Source: Guillardia theta CCMP2712
Lineage: Eukaryota > Protista > Cryptophyta
Direction of reading: 5' to 3'
NCBI RefSeq assembly: GCF_000315625.1
Contig: NW_005434670.1
Coordinates: 744,016-808,015, forward strand
DNA: 64,000 nucleotides
This document shows, piece by piece, positions 63,346 to 64,000 of this stretch (its first letter is position 1; every line of letters starts with the position of its first letter). The translations under genes were made by a program, and so were the position numbers. The notes beneath the pieces were generated by a model. That model worked only from the letters and a program-made list of their open reading frames with translations, ran no database searches and was not told the origin of the DNA.

Positions 63346-63931
63346 CTTGCGGGGCGTGTTAGAAATGCACAGAGTTAAGCTTGCAAAGATCTTGGGGGCG
63401 CGAAAACTAGAAACATGTTGGTATAAGTTGGGAGCCAGCTTTCCTAACTCGATCCCTGTGCTTTGAGTCTGCCTGTTCGAGAAGAATTCTTGTCAACCCA
63501 CAGAGCTGTGACATGTGACTCGTTCTGAATTGATTTCTACCTCCTCTCCTCCTCCCTCCTCCATCTTGCTGACATTGCGGCCAGGATATTCTCGCAAACT
63601 GATTTGGTCCGGACCCACCATGTGGGTCTTCATACCCCTACCCCCGAATTATCGAACATCTATAGGAATTCAGTGGGTGGTTCAGATATACCACCCACCC
63701 CAATCACTCTCTCTTTACTTCTCCCCGGACCTACCTAATACGGGGTCCTACTAGTCGGGTCCTACAAGTGGATTGCATCCAAATACCCCTACCCCCGATT
63801 CTCCTCCTGGAACTACCCCTGATGATCCCGCATTCCGACCCCTCAACTCCAAAGACAAACTACTACTGTTTACTCACTACTAGTAACTGAGTCATCAAGC
63901 GCGAGCATGCTCGAGCAGCTTGTCTCCATGC

Positions 63932-64000
63932 ACCTGTGTAGAGCTGCAGCGCGATCAGCTCCGCCTCCTGTAGCCCCGCCTTGATGGCCGTCTCTTCCCT
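63932..64000 (-). CDS. Fragment resembling the start of a mono-ADP-ribosyltransferase (ART) domain; enters from outside the window
   Basis: Translates REETAIKAGLQEAELIALQLYTG, matching the L...E..AL.LYTG helix that precedes ART domains; no continuation found downstream. Confidence 0.35.

Overview
Gene-dense eukaryotic nuclear DNA with many short (about 45-110 nt) spliceosomal introns, mostly GT-AG and a few GC-AG. Bipartite signal+transit presequences (one with the A|F motif of red-lineage complex plastids) and flagellar genes point to a flagellate alga with a secondary red plastid, most plausibly a cryptophyte such as Guillardia; this is inference, not a lookup. The ORF track fragments nearly every gene, so the models below were spliced by hand and their ends are approximate. 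About 21 protein genes: FIST-domain protein, polycystin-2-like channel with a C2 domain, ATM1/ABCB7, a very large lipase-like/DH/VPS9/ankyrin/DH-PH protein, IRAK/Pelle-like kinase with MORN/WW/SAM, signal-peptide RRM protein, GAF+HPP fusion, PDZ coiled-coil, METTL21/23-type methyltransferase, guanine deaminase, C2 protein, UBE2J/UBC6, DUF760, LysM membrane protein, two putative winged-helix factors, RSPH10B-like and several hypotheticals. Best novelty candidates: (1) an NLP/NreA-like GAF domain fused to an HPP nitrite-transporter domain (possible nitrate/nitrite transceptor); (2) recurring CCGG/GGCC-rich intergenic islands with shared 14-16 nt words and flanking GGGT/ACCC zones at head-to-head gene junctions; (3) an Alsin-like scaffold whose catalytic motifs all look degenerate. 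No tRNA, rRNA, CRISPR or intact mobile element was recognised.
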